A stretch of DNA of 64,000 nucleotides from Massalongia carnosa (taxonomy: Eukaryota). A program made the position numbers and the translations under genes. This document shows, in pieces, positions 60,371 to 64,000 of the stretch; positions within the stretch are counted from its first letter, which is position 1, and each line of letters begins with the position of its first letter. The stretch is from positions 868,001-932,000 of the forward strand of contig OZ287083.1 in the NCBI GenBank assembly GCA_965645245.1, written 5' to 3'. The notes under the pieces are model-generated. The model was not told the DNA's origin and ran no database searches. It saw nothing but the letters and a program-made list of their open reading frames with translations.

Positions 60371-62851
60371 GGTACTGTACAACAACTGTCGCGACGTCAA
60401 AGTCTTCTGAAGTTCATTCCTCATTTAAGGTTACGGGAACTTCCGCGAGCACAAAATTTCACAGCATATTTCACGTATAATTTTTGCACATTCCATTTTG
60501 GCTTTATCGATCTTCGTAGAATGGCCGGTCAACAGATCACTGAAAAGAAGGGGGAAAACGTCTGGAATAGGATTATAACAAAGGTCCTGTTCCAGATTAA
60601 TCAGAATAAGAAGTCTCGTATTGTCGTACATTGCATTAAATATATCTTTATTGAAAAAAGCAAATAAAACTTTTATTATTTTCACCTATTGTAGTGTCTG
60701 GTAAAGGGTTAAATCAGACTTACTGCCTTAGCGAGGAACGGTCTATTTTAACCCGATTAGGATTTATTTGACGAGTTATTGTCAAAAAAAATGGGGATTG
60801 GAAAGAAATAGTCATTTGACCAGTAAACAGGTTTAAATTCTATTCTGACTAGTACGTCCGGGGAACGTCAGAATAAATTATTTTGGTGGCGATAAAAGGG
60901 ATATTGCAAAGGCAAAAAACATTTTGATCAATCGAAGGTTTAACCCGATGGGTCATAGACAAAATCGATTGATACCATCAACTCCACCCCCAGGCCCCCT
61001 TCCGAATCATCTATGGGTCACCACGACTACGCCCCCGGGCCCCCCCCCCAATCGACTCCCCCGCGCCATCTTCGGTAGCGATAATTAGGAGCACCCCCCT
61101 AACCGTCGAGTCCACGGAGGCCATGGACCAAAGGCGAAGGTTTTCGTCCGCACCGTCCACACCCACCCCAAAAGCTAAATCTTTTGTCGCGCCATCTGGT
61201 GAATTCAGTACTAATCTGCCCGTGCCATCATTGAATTATGATATTCGACTGAGTCCACCAATTATACGCAACAAAAGACGAACATTTGACGAACATTCGA
61301 TTGAAAGTCAAGAAGTCATCAATCGAACAAAATCGATTCAACCATTGAATACGTCAAAAATTACATTACTGGAGTCATTCGTTCTAGATTAAAACCCCGA
61401 AACGGCTATTGTCATTGATTACGTCAATTCTCTACTGGCAAAGAAATCGATCAAGCCTAAAGCAATGTTAGAAATAAATGATTGATTGGAAATTGAATAG
61501 GGTACTTGATCAAACTAGCAAAATTCCAGAAACAAAGAGACAATCGGTGCGACCTATACAGACAAGTTCAAATGGAAATTCGAATTTGAATAAAAACGTC
61601 AACCTAACAATTCGGAGCGGAACCGCCGGGGTCCCCGGGCCGGAGGTCAATGACACAGCTAGAATATGGATCCAAATGCTTGGAAAAGTGACTATCAATT
61701 CCGAAAATCCGACTAACGTTTCTCGATTAAAAAAAACAAACAACAACAACAACAGTTCGAATACGATCAAATTCGATATTACTGACGATTTCAAGGCGAT
61801 CAAATTTCGACGGTTGATAATCACACCGAAATCTCAAATACGCAATATCAACTCACTGTTTCTTCGAAACCAAATCAATTCGCTTTTTAAAGACGAGAAG
61901 TTGACTATCGTTGTTAACACGGTCGAAAAGTCTAAAACGGGTCAAAAAATCGTTTTATTTATTTATTATTTATTCATTAAGTGTATTCAACCTCAGGTTA
62001 TGACACTAAACTATTTTAAGATATGTTTTTATTTTACAAATACATCAACCCTCTATAACCCAACTATATATCGTCAATTTTGCCCCGTTTTTACTCCGTA
62101 TTAGTAATAACCTTTAGTAATTGAAATATCGATTTTACAATTTGTTTTTGTAAAGCTCGTAAATATTCCAGCATAAATCATTTCAAATTTACTGGTCGAT
62201 CTCTCCCTAACCTCCCGTTTCGATATTTTCGTCATCGAGCTGACCTAGCATCCATTCTCTAGTCGCGATTTTGTTATCAACAATAAATTTAATCAAAATA
62301 TTATTTCCGATCCTAGTATTAAACAACATTTTTAAAGTAATTGTGGTGTCGATATTTTGTTTCATGTTTAGGATTTCGTTGACATAATGTATGCAATTCA
62401 TCAATAAGTGTTCTGGCGTTTGACGTTCGTTGCAGCGCCCTGTGCATTTTGACGAATTATTATCTTTCAATCGGTGCGATATGATCGGAAATAACCGTGC
62501 CCGAATTTCATTTGCATAATAGTCGCAAATATCAATTTCGAACAATTATTCGACAGATAATAAAAACTCGATTTGCCCGGCTGCATTTCGAATTTCTCAT
62601 AGTATTTGCCTTTTGACTTGCATTGTTGCCATTGATTCGCCCATGTGGCTAACATATTTCGATTTATTTGACCCTTTACATTCAAAAAATCGTTCTGACT
62701 ACTAGTCCTGAAAACACTGCTGAAGATTTATTGAAAAATAAATCAATATGGGAGTATTTATTTGACCCACGAATAGTTCGAAAGGATGAATCGTGGTTCA
62801 AAGTCGTCGCACACGGTGTAAACTATCCAATATTTGATGAAAACATGCAAT
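60371..62851 (+). mobile_element. LINE subfamily B 5' UTR and broken ORF1
   Basis: ORF1 pieces at 61123-61392, 61478-61954 and 62695-62851, plus the conserved 5' UTR block. Confidence 0.88.
61955..62681 (-). mobile_element. 5'-truncated LINE subfamily A
   Basis: TSD tcaaaaaatcgtt (61942-61954, 62682-62694). Confidence 0.92.
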
Positions 62852-63872
62852 TTTATTTCTTTATTTATTCATTAAGTGTATTCAACCTAAGGTTATGACA
62901 CTAAACTATTTTAGGATATGTTTCTATAATACAAATAAATCAACCCTTTATAACCCATCTATGTATCGTCAATTTTTCCCCCGTTTTTACTCCGTGTTAG
63001 TAACAACCTATAGTAATCGAAAAATTATCGATTTTACAATTTGTTTTTGTAAGTTCGTAAATATTTCAGCATAAATCTTTTCTGATTTTACTGTTCGATC
63101 TCTCCCCAACCTCCAGTTTCGACAATTTCGTTATCAAGCTGTCTTAGTATCTCCATTTTCTAGTCGCGATTTTGTCATTCACAATGAATTTAATCAAAAT
63201 GTCATTTCCGATTTTTGTATTAAACAACATATTCAAGTTGATCGTAGTACCGACAGTTTGTTTCATGTTTTGAATTTCATCGAAATAGTTAATGCAATTC
63301 AATAACAAGTTTTCTGGCGTTTGTCGTTGATTGCATCGATTTTTGTATTTTGACGAATTATAATCTTTCAATCGATGTAAATATGATCGAAAATAGCCAT
63401 ATCCGAATTTTAATTGCATAATAGTAGCAAATATCAATTTTGAACAGTTGTTTGATAAATAATAAAAACTCGATTTTCCAGGTTTCATTTCGAATTTCTC
63501 GTAGTATTTACCTTTTGATTTGTATTGTTGTCATTGATTAGTCCATGCGGTTAGCATATTTTGATTTATTTGTTCTTTTACATAATCAAATGTTATCGCC
63601 GAGAACTCGACAACGATTTGATTATGGCCCGTCTTTGCTGTTTTGTCTGCAATTTCGTTTCCGGTAATTTTTTAATGACTCGGAACCCATTGCCAAATCA
63701 CCTGATAATTGCTTTCAAATAATCGTTTTGCGAGCTTTCGAATTTGGTTTGCAAATATATGATTAGTCAAGTTCTGAATTTCGTTCATCGCGTTTATACT
63801 ATCAGAAAAAATCCAAATCGTTTTTTCTAAGTTCGATAAAATGTAAGTATTCGACAATTTATAGACCTATTT
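62852..63872 (-). mobile_element. 3' fragment of LINE subfamily B
   Basis: T-rich tail, 3' UTR, CCHC and RNase H remnants. No TSD visible. Confidence 0.88.
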
Positions 63873-64000
63873 CGGATTTATTTCTTCTTGATTCAATATA
63901 TTTGAAAGACTTGGCTTTATAAGAGAAGGTATCTAAATGCGATGATAAATTTATTCAATCAGCAAAACGCGTTCTTGAATGAACATAGCGAAAAGAAGGA

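Noticed and set aside
63873..64000. Possible unique or host sequence at the window end
   Set aside because: Too short to assign.

Overview
The window consists of eukaryotic transposable-element DNA, and I recognise no host gene. The element types point to an ascomycete. A powdery mildew (Erysiphaceae) is plausible from the TE density and near-identical LINE copies, but that is inference. The dominant component is a Tad1-like LINE with three subfamilies (here A, B, C). Each has ORF1 with zinc knuckles, ORF2 with APE-RT-RNase H-CCHC, a TAATG stop/start overlap and a poly(A) tail; copies are full-length, truncated or nested, many with 12-16 bp target-site duplications (TSDs). Nested inside are two chromodomain Ty3/Gypsy elements (one apparently intact), two solo LTRs, a 571-bp TRIM-like element, a pogo/Fot1 transposon, two DD34E Tc1 copies, a long-TIR Tc1-like deletion derivative and a fragment of a fourth LINE. 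Main points of interest: (1) all three two-LTR elements, including the TRIM, have a Tf1-type self-priming layout instead of a tRNA primer-binding site (PBS). (2) A TSD-bounded LINE insertion carries 2.1 kb of foreign, apparently non-coding DNA with four covarying tRNA T-arm/B-box modules. (3) There is a templated repair patch copied from a Tc1 end 8 kb away. (4) The older Gypsy shows CpA/TpG-biased decay. (5) Two LINEs inserted at the same site in a LINE 5' UTR. All coordinates and counts were read by eye.
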